Part shown: one piece after another, positions 34,649-45,053 of the stretch
Position numbering within the stretch: the stretch's first letter is position 1
Layout of the letters: every line of letters starts with the position of its first letter
IMG/VR virus record: IMGVR_UViG_3300020159_001814
Coordinates: 1-64,000 of that record
Reading direction: 5' to 3' (one strand)
Length of the DNA: 64,000 nucleotides
From: a virus
Notes under the pieces: generated by a model
What the model saw: the letters and a program-made list of their open reading frames with translations, nothing else
Database searches by the model: none
What the model was told of the DNA's origin: nothing
Translations under genes and position numbers: made by a program

Positions 34649-35385
34649 TACTTTCTTTTTTTAAGTTTCGTAAGTTTATTTACTTCAACCATATATTTTT
34701 CTTCCGCAAAAATTCTGTCTTCAAGTTCCTTATTTTTTTTTAAAATATTGACAAGTCTTTCATTTGTTTCTTTAGCGTCTGATTCATTCTTTTTTAAATC
34801 AATATAATAATGGTTTACCTCGGTATCCCCACCATCTTCAATAACTTCAAACAAACCCCTAACTAATAAACCCCTAAAACCTTTAGTTTGGTATTCTTCT
34901 GGGTTGTCCAATACGTCATCTAATAACTTGTGAATATCATTTCTCAATGTTTCTTCATTATTAGTACCTTCAAATAAATCTTGAGCCATTTCGGGTGTCC
35001 AAGTTAGTAAAATATGTTTTCTTGGTTCAAATGTCATTGGATCATAAATTACTGGTCCCATGGCGGCACCATTCTTAACAGGTTTAATTAATTGATTTGG
35101 ATCGTACATTACAGGTGTTAATGCCAATGATAATAAATAACATTTACCCTTAAACTTCATAACATCTGACAACTTAACCGTAGATGTTGTTAATATTTCA
35201 CCATTATTATCTTTAACTAAAGGGTGTTCGAGAATTTCTAAAGAATCGCATTCTTTAAATTCGTCAGTATTCATTATAATCTTTTTGTATTTTTCTAAAT
35301 TTTTACCATACAAAAGATTATCCATATATAAACCATTATCATTTCTAGATAATTCTACAATTTCAATTAATTCTTTTAATTTCAT
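34648..35385 (-). CDS. hypothetical protein
   Basis: ORF track. Confidence 0.75.
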   Translation of the reverse strand: MKLKELIEIVELSRNDNGLYMDNLLYGKNLEKYKKIIMNTDEFKECDSLEILEHPLVKDNNGEILTTSTVKLSDVMKFKGKCYLLSLALTPVMYDPNQLIKPVKNGAAMGPVIYDPMTFEPRKHILLTWTPEMAQDLFEGTNNEETLRNDIHKLLDDVLDNPEEYQTKGFRGLLVRGLFEVIEDGGDTEVNHYYIDLKKNESDAKETNERLVNILKKNKELEDRIFAEEKYMVEVNKLTKLKKRK

Positions 35386-35645
35386 ATTACTGTTTTTGTT
35401 GGGTGACTTGATTCGTCGTCTTGTTTATTTGTTCCACAATATATTTCATATGGTGGGTTAAATGGGTTTGGTGGTAATGGCACTGGTTCAAATCTTGGTA
35501 CTGTAGTTCTTGGATTTGGAAAAAATGGGTCCACGTCTTTTACTTCTTGCATTTTTTCAACAATCGGACTAATATTGATGTGTTTATCTTCAAGTTTACC
35601 GTATAAATAACCTTCTAACCAAATATAAAATTCTTTATGTGTCAT
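35382..35645 (-). CDS. hypothetical protein (FYIWLEGY motif, Pro-rich tail)
   Basis: ORF track. Confidence 0.7.
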   Translation of the reverse strand: MTHKEFYIWLEGYLYGKLEDKHINISPIVEKMQEVKDVDPFFPNPRTTVPRFEPVPLPPNPFNPPYEIYCGTNKQDDESSHPTKTVI

Positions 35646-35646
35646 A

Positions 35647-35847
35647 CTAATCTTCTTCTATTTCAAAATCGTATTCATCTTCGTCTTGGATTTTGTCCCA
35701 TTCCAATTCTTGGTTACCTCTAAAATCAACTTCTTCGTAGAATTTATCTTCATCTTCTTCAAAAAGTTTTGCTTCTTCGTCTGTTAACTCGGCAGAATAC
35801 TTACAAATTGTTGTATAAGATTCAAACCATACTAATTTTTTTCCCAT
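35647..35847 (-). CDS. small acidic hypothetical protein
   Basis: ORF track. Confidence 0.65.
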   Translation of the reverse strand: MGKKLVWFESYTTICKYSAELTDEEAKLFEEDEDKFYEEVDFRGNQELEWDKIQDEDEYDFEIEED

Positions 35848-35852
35848 GTTTT

Positions 35853-35999
35853 TTAATTTAATTCTCGATTATATAAATTAACTAAAATAATTCTAGCAAA
35901 CTTAAATTCTTTTGCTCTGTTTAAATTTAGACCGTACGCATATGCTATCACTTTCAAATGTGGATACGCTTCGCTTATGGTCATTTTACCAATTTCCAT
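35853..35999 (-). CDS. 48-aa hypothetical protein (MEIGKMTISEAYPHLK...)
   Basis: Manual translation; fills gap exactly. Confidence 0.55.
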   Translation of the reverse strand: MEIGKMTISEAYPHLKVIAYAYGLNLNRAKEFKFARIILVNLYNRELN

Positions 36000-36001
36000 G
36001 A

Positions 36002-36217
36002 TTAATCAAATAATTTAAAATCGGCATTAACGTGACCACATTCATTACACATATATGTCGGGAAAGGTACTAACGTATCTTCAGGTCCACCTGTTAAAAT
36101 TTTAGAAACTTTTTTTAACATTACAATTTCTTTAAAGTAAGTGGATTTACATTCACCGCACTGTACTGTTGGTTGTTCTTTAAGGTTAATTTTTGGTTTT
36201 AGGATGTCGTCCATCAT
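36002..36217 (-). CDS. zinc-ribbon protein
   Basis: CGEC ... CNECGH. Confidence 0.75.
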   Translation of the reverse strand: MMDDILKPKINLKEQPTVQCGECKSTYFKEIVMLKKVSKILTGGPEDTLVPFPTYMCNECGHVNADFKLFD

Positions 36218-36326
36218 TTTATGATATATTTTACGTTTATTTTTTCTGTTTGATTATCCCATGTGGTATTATACCACCACCTAATTGTTATATCTGGTTC
36301 CATTTTAAAAATATAATTTATTTTAT

Positions 36327-37184
36327 TTATTTTGTCAAACGTTCTTTAATGTCCATATTTAATATGGTATCAATAACTTTTCGTTCTACCCTATATTCAG
36401 TAAAATCTTGGTCTTCGGTTAAATGAACAATAACACAACCATAAAATGGAATGTTTTCGTATTTAGAACCTTCCAACATTTTAATTAATAATTTACCATA
36501 TAAAGGTAATTGTGTGTTGTAGTGTCCAAGAGCGTTATTCGGTAAAAACTTAAATGGCTCCCTCATCGGTTTTGTATAGTCGTTGGATTCCATATTTTTC
36601 TTTTTGTTTGTTTTCCAATCGGTGATTACTATACCAAACCCTGTCTGTTGTTTATTTAACATAATCCAAACTTTATCGGGTTGACCTGTATATCCTAATT
36701 CCGGGTCACCTAAAACAATCTCCGTATCCAATAAAACCGCACCTCTTTCTTCCATTAGTTTTAAGAACCTATTACCGGCCTTTATCATACGATCACCCTT
36801 CATTATCATTTCCATATCACAGGCATAAATTGGTTGTCTAACTTCTTTTATGATTCCGTGTCGTTTGATAGTTTCAATTTCCAATTCGTAATGAACCCTA
36901 CTTCCCATGTTGGTTGATACTCTACCCGCTTCGGCCCATTCTTCCAATAAAGTTTGCATTACGTATGGGTCACCTTTGGCGACGTTTCTTGCCGCTTCTT
37001 CGGTTGGAAACTCATCATAAAACAATTTCATTACTTTAGATACTGAAGGGAAATTATCTTTTATTTCCCCATCAACGTCTTTCATTGTATATCTATGTTT
37101 TTCTTCCTCAAAAGTTAAACATAGTTCTTTTTGTCTTTCAGATAAGATATCTCTTATTTCTTCTGCTATTTTTTTTAAATTCAT
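36327..37184 (-). CDS. PD-(D/E)xK exonuclease (RecB/Cas4-like)
   Basis: FPSVS, GSRVH, GQPDKV, DWKT, QLPLY. Confidence 0.85.
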   Translation of the reverse strand: MNLKKIAEEIRDILSERQKELCLTFEEEKHRYTMKDVDGEIKDNFPSVSKVMKLFYDEFPTEEAARNVAKGDPYVMQTLLEEWAEAGRVSTNMGSRVHYELEIETIKRHGIIKEVRQPIYACDMEMIMKGDRMIKAGNRFLKLMEERGAVLLDTEIVLGDPELGYTGQPDKVWIMLNKQQTGFGIVITDWKTNKKKNMESNDYTKPMREPFKFLPNNALGHYNTQLPLYGKLLIKMLEGSKYENIPFYGCVIVHLTEDQDFTEYRVERKVIDTILNMDIKERLTK

Positions 37185-38152
37185 TCTTTTTCTTGTATAT
37201 AATATGGTGTTATGTCACCCTTTAAATCACACACATCTTTGTCTTTTGGTAATTTAACAAGTTTTACTCGGTTATAAAGGACACCACCGTTTAGTTTATC
37301 GTATAGTTTTTTTGCATCATCATAAGCATCCCCATCAAGACAAATAATTATATCTTTTTTTGCCTTCGTATAAAGTTTTTCCCACATATTGTCATTTATA
37401 AACTTTCCAAGCAATGCGATTGAATTATCTAAAAAGAAAGAGTCGAACACACCTTCTACTATGTATATGTCTTTATTAAAATCAATTAAACTTTCATTAA
37501 AAATTAAAAAGTCTTTTGCCGCTTCGGGGTTCTTATATTTAAGTTTTGATTTTGGGTTCCAAGATCTTGATACAAAAAAATTTAAATCACCCTTTTTATT
37601 AAAGGATGGTACAATTATTCTACCTGAATATTCACCTTCAATACAAAGACCAATCTGATATTTATCAATTATTTCTTGTGTTATCCCTCGTTTTTTTAGA
37701 TAATTGAATGCTTCCTTTCTTGGGATATGTAATGGATGTATTTCATCAAATTTTTTATATTCTTTAGGTAATTGTAATTGTTTATATACCTTTTCTTTTT
37801 TTTCAAACTTATCAGGTCTAATTAACTTATAAGTTTTCTTATCTTTTTTTGACCCATATTTATCAATTAGTTTACCTAAATGTCCGTGAGTTTCGTGTGT
37901 TTCAGCACATGCCCAACATTTATAAACATGGTTTTGGTAATTTATTTCAAGATTTCCTTTACCGTCCGTTTTTGATAGTCCTTTAATATCGTAGGAACAC
38001 ACCGGACAATCTACAGAAATTTGTCCTGAATATTCGTTAACGTTTTTAGGTTCCCCAAAAATCGTTTGTATTAAGTCTATCAATAATGATTCGTCATCCA
38101 TACTTAAAAGATAGGTGTATGGTATGGTTTTGTCAAATAATAAAAAACCCAC
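37181..38152 (-). CDS. DNA primase, zinc finger + TOPRIM (probable start MDDES ~38102)
   Basis: CPVC...CWAC, YLKKRGI, YKNP, IVEGVFD, LDGDA, KDVCD. Confidence 0.9.
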   Translation of the reverse strand: MGFLLFDKTIPYTYLLSMDDESLLIDLIQTIFGEPKNVNEYSGQISVDCPVCSYDIKGLSKTDGKGNLEINYQNHVYKCWACAETHETHGHLGKLIDKYGSKKDKKTYKLIRPDKFEKKEKVYKQLQLPKEYKKFDEIHPLHIPRKEAFNYLKKRGITQEIIDKYQIGLCIEGEYSGRIIVPSFNKKGDLNFFVSRSWNPKSKLKYKNPEAAKDFLIFNESLIDFNKDIYIVEGVFDSFFLDNSIALLGKFINDNMWEKLYTKAKKDIIICLDGDAYDDAKKLYDKLNGGVLYNRVKLVKLPKDKDVCDLKGDITPYYIQEKE

Positions 38153-38168
38153 CTTTTTGGGGTGGGTT
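38142..38168 (-). terminator. intrinsic terminator
   Basis: AACCCACC...GGTGGGTT followed by T run. Confidence 0.7.
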
Positions 38169-38175
38169 ATTATTT

Positions 38176-38898
38176 TTAAGCTACGTTTTGGTCTGTTTTG
38201 TTATTTGTGGATGCAAAGGCGGCTTTTTGTACTGCCCTTCCTTCTTTATTATAACTACACATGTAATTTTGAATATAAGATATCATGTCTTTACCATCAC
38301 CATCGGTACCTCCTTCAACTCTTGGTTGTGGGAATTTGTTTAGTAATATATCAGCGTCTACTGAAATAGCAGTCGCCAATTCTTGGTCAGTTTTTTGAGT
38401 ATTTCTATTTTTAATTTTAGCATGATAAGTTACAAGTCTTTTCCAGCTGTCGTTGTATTTATTTTTTACAAAATCAACGAAGAACCTACCAAGTTGTTGT
38501 AATATAGTACCATCTTCTTTAGTAACTTCTAAAGTAAAATTGTTAGAACCATCACACATATATGTTAATTTTACATCACCTATTCTTAGATCGTTATCAG
38601 CCATTGTTTTATAACCAACACCAGTAACAAAAATATGATTACCTCTTTCACTAAACATAATATTATTACATTCTAACTGAAATAATGGAAGATCAAATTC
38701 ACCTGGTAAATAAAAATTAATTTTTTTACCTTTAAAAATTCTAACAAATTCACCAATTCTTTGTGCCTCATCGGCAGTTTTTGGGTCAATGTTAGGTGTT
38801 ATGTCTTCCGACAAATAAAATCTTTTGGTTGATTTTTTATGCATTTCAAGAATTCTATTCTTTTCTTGTTGTGTGATTTCAGATAAAATATTTTTCAT
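38176..38898 (-). CDS. hypothetical protein with ITQQEKNRILEMH leader
   Basis: ORF track; TATTTAT at 38917-38923. Confidence 0.75.
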   Translation of the reverse strand: MKNILSEITQQEKNRILEMHKKSTKRFYLSEDITPNIDPKTADEAQRIGEFVRIFKGKKINFYLPGEFDLPLFQLECNNIMFSERGNHIFVTGVGYKTMADNDLRIGDVKLTYMCDGSNNFTLEVTKEDGTILQQLGRFFVDFVKNKYNDSWKRLVTYHAKIKNRNTQKTDQELATAISVDADILLNKFPQPRVEGGTDGDGKDMISYIQNYMCSYNKEGRAVQKAAFASTNNKTDQNVA

Positions 38899-38948
38899 AA
38901 TTTTTTTAATTTATATATAAATATAATAAAAAATCAAAAAAAAAATGA

Positions 38949-39554
38949 TTACCAAATTTTTTCTTGTTTCATATACCCCAAAACACAAGTATATGAATCG
39001 GCCATATCAAAACATTCTTTTTTAAGTGTATTGTTTTTTGTGTAAAGCCATTTAATTTGTGGTTCTTTTTCTGATACTTTTTTCCAAATAGTATCTTTTT
39101 TGTCGATGTCCTTTGGTAGTCCACCAAAAAGAACATATTTACCTTTATCATTCAGTTGTACAAGATCAGGCCAAGCAAATTTTCTTGAGTTATATGTAGA
39201 TATGTAGGATGGAACAATTCCTAAAATATCATATATTGATTTAGTAATCATTGAATTATATCTTAATAAGACACCTACTGTCCAAATATTATTAGAATTT
39301 AGTAAGGGTTCTTCAATAACAACTTTAGTAATTCCTAAGTTTTTATATCCTTCAAGTTTTTCTTCAAACGCAACAACCTTCAATAAAAGTTCTTCTATTT
39401 TATCTTCAGGTTTTGGTTTAATAACCGGGGAAAAATGTGTTAATTCTAAAAGTTCTTCTGTTTTAATATCGAATAAACTCCAACCTATTGTCTTTGTTGA
39501 AATGTCTAATCCAAGAACTTTTGGTGTGTTCTTTAAATCTGTTTTTTTGTTCAT
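38949..39554 (-). CDS. RuvC-like Holliday junction resolvase
   Basis: VLGLDISTKTIGW, VVIEEP, DMADS. Confidence 0.85.
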   Translation of the reverse strand: MNKKTDLKNTPKVLGLDISTKTIGWSLFDIKTEELLELTHFSPVIKPKPEDKIEELLLKVVAFEEKLEGYKNLGITKVVIEEPLLNSNNIWTVGVLLRYNSMITKSIYDILGIVPSYISTYNSRKFAWPDLVQLNDKGKYVLFGGLPKDIDKKDTIWKKVSEKEPQIKWLYTKNNTLKKECFDMADSYTCVLGYMKQEKIW

Positions 39555-39559
39555 AAAAT

Positions 39560-41764
39560 TTAAAAATCCAATTTAATAGGATACTGTTGAATACCTTGTC
39601 TTTTTTCAGGTGACTGTATCTTAGATATAACCATAAGTTCTTTGTCTGTATTGTAAAGAGCAACTTCGGTCACGTAAATAGACTTGGTTTTATCCCATGT
39701 TGGATTTGATGAATCAAAAAACTGTGTTTGACCTAAATTCACTAAGAAATTCATAACGTAAATTGTTGCTTGAATATCTGTTGTTATTGTACCAAAAAAC
39801 AAGTACTCCCCACCAAAATTTAAAGTTACACCATTTTGGTTTAAGGTCGGTAAAGAAATATAACTATTTAAATTATACAATGATGCCGTATCGTACATAT
39901 TTTTTGTTAACTGTATCGTTGTACCTGTAAGTCCTGAATATGTTATATATCCATTTGAAGTTGTGGCCGATAATTGGTCGGTTACATCAATTTCTTTCCA
40001 TAGTGTTGGGTCAGGTCTTGTTGTTCCACTACTAACTTTTTGTGCTAAGATTTTTACACTATTAGCATTAAACCCTAAAGGTGTTGCTAACAAATCATTA
40101 TTTAAAAAAGAAAATTCAGCCCCAAATCTTATTATAATATCAGACGCGCCAGCCAATAAAGTTTGGTCATTCCCTGTGACTGTAGTATAATAATTACAAT
40201 GTAATGAATCGGTAAATGCCGTACTGTTAAATCTATAAGTTAAAAATAGTGTTTCACTATTACCAGATAATAAACCTGTCGTACCACCTAAAACACCACC
40301 AAAAGTGTTTGGTGTAACCAAACCTAATTTAGGTGCCGGTAGTGTCCAAGTTCTATTTGATTTATAATTTAAAGTTGCGACAATTTCGTCATCATCAAAT
40401 ACCACCATTTTTAAGTCAGGAAAAACTTTACCAACCCTATTAGGAATTCCTGTTGTGTTAGCGTGTGTGTCCCAAAGATGGTAATATCTTAAACCAGGGT
40501 TATTAAAATTAATATCTTTTTTTGACTCTATATAATAAACTTGAAACAAGTTTAAACCGGCAAATCCGGGTGGGTCAACATAAAAATCTTCACCTATAGT
40601 TCCGTTTGGATTTTTATGCCACATTAACCATGGTAAAGATATTTTAAAGTTTCTTGCTTGTCCTGTATTATTAGGGTTAGCCGGATCGAAGTCTTGAAAT
40701 GCGAACTTTTCACCATAAAAATTATCAATCGATTGGTTAGTGTAATGTAGTATTGCTATCGCTTTTTGGTCAACACTCGGTACAGATATTTTTTCAGCAA
40801 ATGAATTGTAATAGAACGTTTCGCTAGTATCTTCTTGTCCGGTTTTACTATTATACCCTAAATATTCTTTTGTATTTGTGTAATTTTTAGAATTATAGTA
40901 ATTAAAATCTTGGTATGTTGAATTAAAGACTCCTGCAGGTGATTCGGTCCATGGAATGTTCATATTCCAAACATTAACATTTCTTTGTGATACATCACAA
41001 TTTGTTTCAAAATTAAATACGTCAGTTGCCCAATATGGTTGTGGTGTAAATGTATCATATAAATCAGTCATGTTTTCAGGTAAAAACATAATACTTGAAA
41101 ACCCTCCGTATCCCATTAAAGCGTAATTAGGTAGACTTCTATCAACTTCTATTGTTATTGTTGCGTCAGTTGAGCTATTACCTGTTATTGATACCACTTT
41201 ATAGACAAACATTGGTGTATTTGTTGTTATAGGTTCTAAACTATTATTAACAAACATAACCATATACATTCCTTGTGTAACCGATCCACTAACAGTCGGA
41301 TAAAGGGTTGTTGCTGATAATGTTACAACATTACCGGATAAAGTGGTGTTGTCTGCAACAAAATTAGGGTTAATAGTATATGCTGATGATGTGAATGCAC
41401 TAAATCCGTTTGTTGTGTCACCAGTAAAAAACCCTCTTGGTGCTGCAGAATTATAAACATTATCAATATATGAATTATCAAATGGGACCCCAAAAGTACT
41501 TCCTGATGTTGAGTCCAAAAATAATGGATACTTTATATGCATTCTATTCTTTTCTGGAATCGGTGCAGTATTTTGTGCATTGTATTGTGGCATTAATACG
41601 TTAAAATCAACAGGATTAAAATTATCGACACAATTATAACAAACTTCACTATCACCAATTTGGAAATATGCAATATCAAATCTACCTTGCGATATTCTTT
41701 TTCTAGCAGCATCGGTTAATAACGTGTTAATTAGTGCTGATGTATTTTTTATTATGTATGACAT
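39560..41764 (-). CDS. virion structural protein (tail/baseplate-associated)
   Basis: LTDAARKRI...FQIGDSE N-terminus; YVTEVALYNTDKELMVISK tail-collar-like C-terminus. Confidence 0.65.
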   Translation of the reverse strand: MSYIIKNTSALINTLLTDAARKRISQGRFDIAYFQIGDSEVCYNCVDNFNPVDFNVLMPQYNAQNTAPIPEKNRMHIKYPLFLDSTSGSTFGVPFDNSYIDNVYNSAAPRGFFTGDTTNGFSAFTSSAYTINPNFVADNTTLSGNVVTLSATTLYPTVSGSVTQGMYMVMFVNNSLEPITTNTPMFVYKVVSITGNSSTDATITIEVDRSLPNYALMGYGGFSSIMFLPENMTDLYDTFTPQPYWATDVFNFETNCDVSQRNVNVWNMNIPWTESPAGVFNSTYQDFNYYNSKNYTNTKEYLGYNSKTGQEDTSETFYYNSFAEKISVPSVDQKAIAILHYTNQSIDNFYGEKFAFQDFDPANPNNTGQARNFKISLPWLMWHKNPNGTIGEDFYVDPPGFAGLNLFQVYYIESKKDINFNNPGLRYYHLWDTHANTTGIPNRVGKVFPDLKMVVFDDDEIVATLNYKSNRTWTLPAPKLGLVTPNTFGGVLGGTTGLLSGNSETLFLTYRFNSTAFTDSLHCNYYTTVTGNDQTLLAGASDIIIRFGAEFSFLNNDLLATPLGFNANSVKILAQKVSSGTTRPDPTLWKEIDVTDQLSATTSNGYITYSGLTGTTIQLTKNMYDTASLYNLNSYISLPTLNQNGVTLNFGGEYLFFGTITTDIQATIYVMNFLVNLGQTQFFDSSNPTWDKTKSIYVTEVALYNTDKELMVISKIQSPEKRQGIQQYPIKLDF

Positions 41765-41790
41765 ATTTTATAAATTTTATTCTTTATTTT

Positions 41791-43386
41791 TTATGCTAAT
41801 ATTACTACCCCATTTTTTGTAACTGACATATATTGTGGGTTAACCAAATTACTTATAGTTGAGCAATCATTAGGTAACAATGATAAAACATTAATTGTCA
41901 TTGTGTCACTAATAGTTGCTGTTAAAACACATCTGTTATTAAATGATGTGGGTACAAATATTGCTTGATCAATTATTCCTGTTATATATCCATTACCGGT
42001 TATTGATGCTGAATATGTTGCGGTGTATGCACTTGTTGATATTGTTGTTCTTTCACACTCTTTGTCAGTTATTATTGTTGACGTTTGAGTTACGGGACCA
42101 ACGGTAGGTGCACCAAGTGTTGACGTATTAATAGGGGTACCACTAATAGTATTAGAAGTGATTGTTCTTCTTGACCCATTTGTTGTTCCCGTCATATTAA
42201 CTGAAAAATTAACATCAAATGAAATTGTTTTTGTTGGTGGTAGTGTTGGTGATACGTCGATTCTCCAATACCATGTTTTTACGGTTGTTGTGTTAGTAAT
42301 AGATTGTGTTGCAATAGGTGTTAATGTCAGATTTAAGACATAATTCACTACAGAAGATACCGGTGTTAAAGTTACCGTTTGTGTTATTATATTGTTTGAT
42401 GAATCTTTTACATAAACAGTATAATTACCTGACGATAACCCGACAAATGTAGATGATGGTTGGTATGTAACGCCGTTTAACGAATACGTATACCCAGGGT
42501 CCCCACCCAAAACATTAACACTAATAACACCATTATTAACACCAACACAAGATGGATTAGTTTTACTAATCTTAAGTGTCATCGGAGTACTTACACATTC
42601 GCCACTACTAACAGTTATGTTTGTTAATGGTGCTCCATTAACCGACCAAGTACCGACCGGTGGAGCAACAGGGTAATTATAACTTGGTACCCCACTACCG
42701 GACCAATTTAAAATTTCCCATCTTGTCATACCCGTATTATAATATATGGTATATGTTGGTGTGGAACTTGTCCAAGATGGGTAACCATTTATAGTACTTC
42801 CAGAACTAAAATCAATTTGTTCATTAATTTTTAATACTTTAATATTCATACAAAGTTTACTTGGGTAAACTATAGGGGGTAAAGGTACAGGTAAACACCT
42901 AAAACAAGAATTATATGGTGAGTGACTTGTGTTTGCAAAATTATTTATATAGGTTTGTCCTGTATATAGTGTAGTTCCACTACTAGTCCAACATCCTGTT
43001 TGTGTTGTTAATTTGTAGACTTTACCATTTATAAATGTCGATGGTAAATTTGCCAAGTAATAAATAAAATTACTTGGGTTACTACAATTTTGAAATTTTT
43101 CCAAATAAAAACTGTCATACCCAACAGTACATGTAGTTGTTGCGGTAAAATCACCATAATAATCAGTTACGGTGGCAGTATAATTACCAGGTAATAAATT
43201 AGAAATTGGTGATCCTTGTAATCCATTATTCCAAGTAATATTATAAGGTGGTGTTCCTCCAGTAACATACAAAGCGATCACACCGTTAGTTGCGTCAGGT
43301 GTCGATGCGTTAACCGTATTACATTTAACCCCTAAAGGTAAAATTGTTATAATATTACAGCTATTTCCACTTAATTGGCTCATCAA
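41791..43386 (-). CDS. SprB-repeat-containing Thr-rich structural protein
   Basis: TGGTPPYNITW...YTATVTD; GGDPGYTYSL...YTVYVKDS. Confidence 0.75.
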   Translation of the reverse strand: MMSQLSGNSCNIITILPLGVKCNTVNASTPDATNGVIALYVTGGTPPYNITWNNGLQGSPISNLLPGNYTATVTDYYGDFTATTTCTVGYDSFYLEKFQNCSNPSNFIYYLANLPSTFINGKVYKLTTQTGCWTSSGTTLYTGQTYINNFANTSHSPYNSCFRCLPVPLPPIVYPSKLCMNIKVLKINEQIDFSSGSTINGYPSWTSSTPTYTIYYNTGMTRWEILNWSGSGVPSYNYPVAPPVGTWSVNGAPLTNITVSSGECVSTPMTLKISKTNPSCVGVNNGVISVNVLGGDPGYTYSLNGVTYQPSSTFVGLSSGNYTVYVKDSSNNIITQTVTLTPVSSVVNYVLNLTLTPIATQSITNTTTVKTWYWRIDVSPTLPPTKTISFDVNFSVNMTGTTNGSRRTITSNTISGTPINTSTLGAPTVGPVTQTSTIITDKECERTTISTSAYTATYSASITGNGYITGIIDQAIFVPTSFNNRCVLTATISDTMTINVLSLLPNDCSTISNLVNPQYMSVTKNGVVILA

Positions 43387-43625
43387 ATATCTTCTTTATT
43401 TATTATTGTTCTTGTACCACCACTGAATAATAATATTTCATTTTCATTCAAAGGGTAGTAATATGTTATTTTTAATTCATCAATTTTATCAAAACAAAGT
43501 TCTTGTGTATTTGATTCAAAAATTTGATAGGGTGTTGCGGTTATACCATTTGTTTCTAACAAATCAATAACTTCCGTATTTGTGTATATTAATCTCCAAA
43601 TCATAATTAATAAGTTATTGTCCAA
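43383..43625 (-). CDS. hypothetical protein
   Basis: ORF track. Confidence 0.6.
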   Translation of the reverse strand: MDNNLLIMIWRLIYTNTEVIDLLETNGITATPYQIFESNTQELCFDKIDELKITYYYPLNENEILLFSGGTRTIINKEDI

Positions 43626-45043
43626 TTATAGGGTGACCCTGTTAAAAAGGATATTGCGGCTAAACCATTATATCCACCGCTCGATGAGTCAGGATCTGCG
43701 TTTGTTCCGCTTATATTTAAAGTAATGTTTGACCAACCTGTTGGGTTGTAAGTCGCATTTCCACTAAAATCCACTAATATGTGATTAACATCGGTAGTTG
43801 TCATATTGTTATTTTGTAAATCGATTCCCGCACGTCCTTGTGTAGTTCCAGAAACTAAAGTAGCGCCTGATAAACTAGTTAAGTCTATATAGTCTAAATT
43901 ACAACCATATAAACTAAATGCCCTACTACCTAAACCATTACTTTCGTTTTTAAAATATTGTGTAGATGTAGGTAACAATATATTTGTTAAACTACTGTTT
44001 CCATCAAGTCTTAAAATTGATGTTGATCCGGTTGTTGAAGCACCTAATTTTGTTAGGTTTCTTAAATCTAAGGTTCCGGTTAATTTACAATCGTTTGCCC
44101 TATATCGTGTAATATTATTTGGCGATGTTGCGTGTGTTATTCCAGTTAAATTAAAGTTAAACCAAACATCAAATTGCCCTCCTAACCCAGATAATGGCGT
44201 TAAATCTAAATTTCCTATTAGATTACAAGAATTTGCGAAATATGATGTAAAAATTTGTGATGATGGTCCGTGAGTAATTCCTGTTAAATTTGTACTATAT
44301 TGAACCCAAAATTGCCCACCTAAACCAGATAATGGCGTTAAATCTAACTTTCCTGTTAAATTACAAGAATTCGCTAAATATGATGTAAAAATTTGTGATG
44401 ATGGTCCGTGAGTTATCCCTGTTAAATTACTATTAGCACTAACCCAAAATTGACCTCCGAGTCCAGATAATGGCGTTAAATCTAAATTTCCTATTAGATT
44501 ACAAGAATTTGCTAAATATGATGAAATATTTTGTGATGATGGTCCGTGAGTTATCCCTGTTAAATTTGGATTATTATTAACTTGGAACTGTCCACCTAAA
44601 CCAGATAATGGTGTTAAATCTAAATTTCCTGTTAAATTACAAGAATAGGCAATATATGATGAAAAAATTTGTGATGATGGTCCGTTAGTAATTCCTGTTA
44701 AATTTGGGTTTGTATTGACTCTGAAGGTGCCTCTAAAACCAGATAATTGTGTTAAATCTAAATTACCATATATATTATCATTATCAAAAATAAAACTATT
44801 TGTATTCCTAAAACTATTAACCCTAATTTGGATTGTCCTAATATCGGTGTCTAATGTAAAACCGGTATATGTTAATCCATTTCCGGCGGTTTGTGTAATA
44901 TTTGTTCCATTATCTAATCTCCATGATACTCTCCCTCCCCCATCAAACCCTATTGTCGGTTCGAAAAAACTTGTTGACCCACTCTTTTGAAAAGTAAGGA
45001 TTTTACCTATATTATTTCTTGACGTGAATTGTTGCCTACTCAT
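43607..45043 (-). CDS. leucine-rich-repeat protein with 46-aa tandem units
   Basis: CNLxGNLDLTPLSGLGGQFxVxxNxNLTGITHGPSSQ repeated. Confidence 0.85.
   Translation of the reverse strand: MSRQQFTSRNNIGKILTFQKSGSTSFFEPTIGFDGGGRVSWRLDNGTNITQTAGNGLTYTGFTLDTDIRTIQIRVNSFRNTNSFIFDNDNIYGNLDLTQLSGFRGTFRVNTNPNLTGITNGPSSQIFSSYIAYSCNLTGNLDLTPLSGLGGQFQVNNNPNLTGITHGPSSQNISSYLANSCNLIGNLDLTPLSGLGGQFWVSANSNLTGITHGPSSQIFTSYLANSCNLTGKLDLTPLSGLGGQFWVQYSTNLTGITHGPSSQIFTSYFANSCNLIGNLDLTPLSGLGGQFDVWFNFNLTGITHATSPNNITRYRANDCKLTGTLDLRNLTKLGASTTGSTSILRLDGNSSLTNILLPTSTQYFKNESNGLGSRAFSLYGCNLDYIDLTSLSGATLVSGTTQGRAGIDLQNNNMTTTDVNHILVDFSGNATYNPTGWSNITLNISGTNADPDSSSGGYNGLAAISFLTGSPYNWTITY
44090..44770. repeat. ~5 near-identical 138-bp tandem repeats
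   Basis: CCAGATAAT anchor at 44187, 44325, 44463, 44601, 44739. Confidence 0.85.
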
Positions 45044-45053
45044 ATGTTAATTT

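Noticed and set aside
36214-36303. 29-aa WW-containing ORF (MEPDITIRWWYN...) as a leader peptide
   Set aside because: No terminator or antiterminator follows it; may be a tiny gene but unsupported
43607-45043. Diversity-generating retroelement target
   Set aside because: No reverse transcriptase or separate template repeat in the window; variation is not obviously adenine-specific
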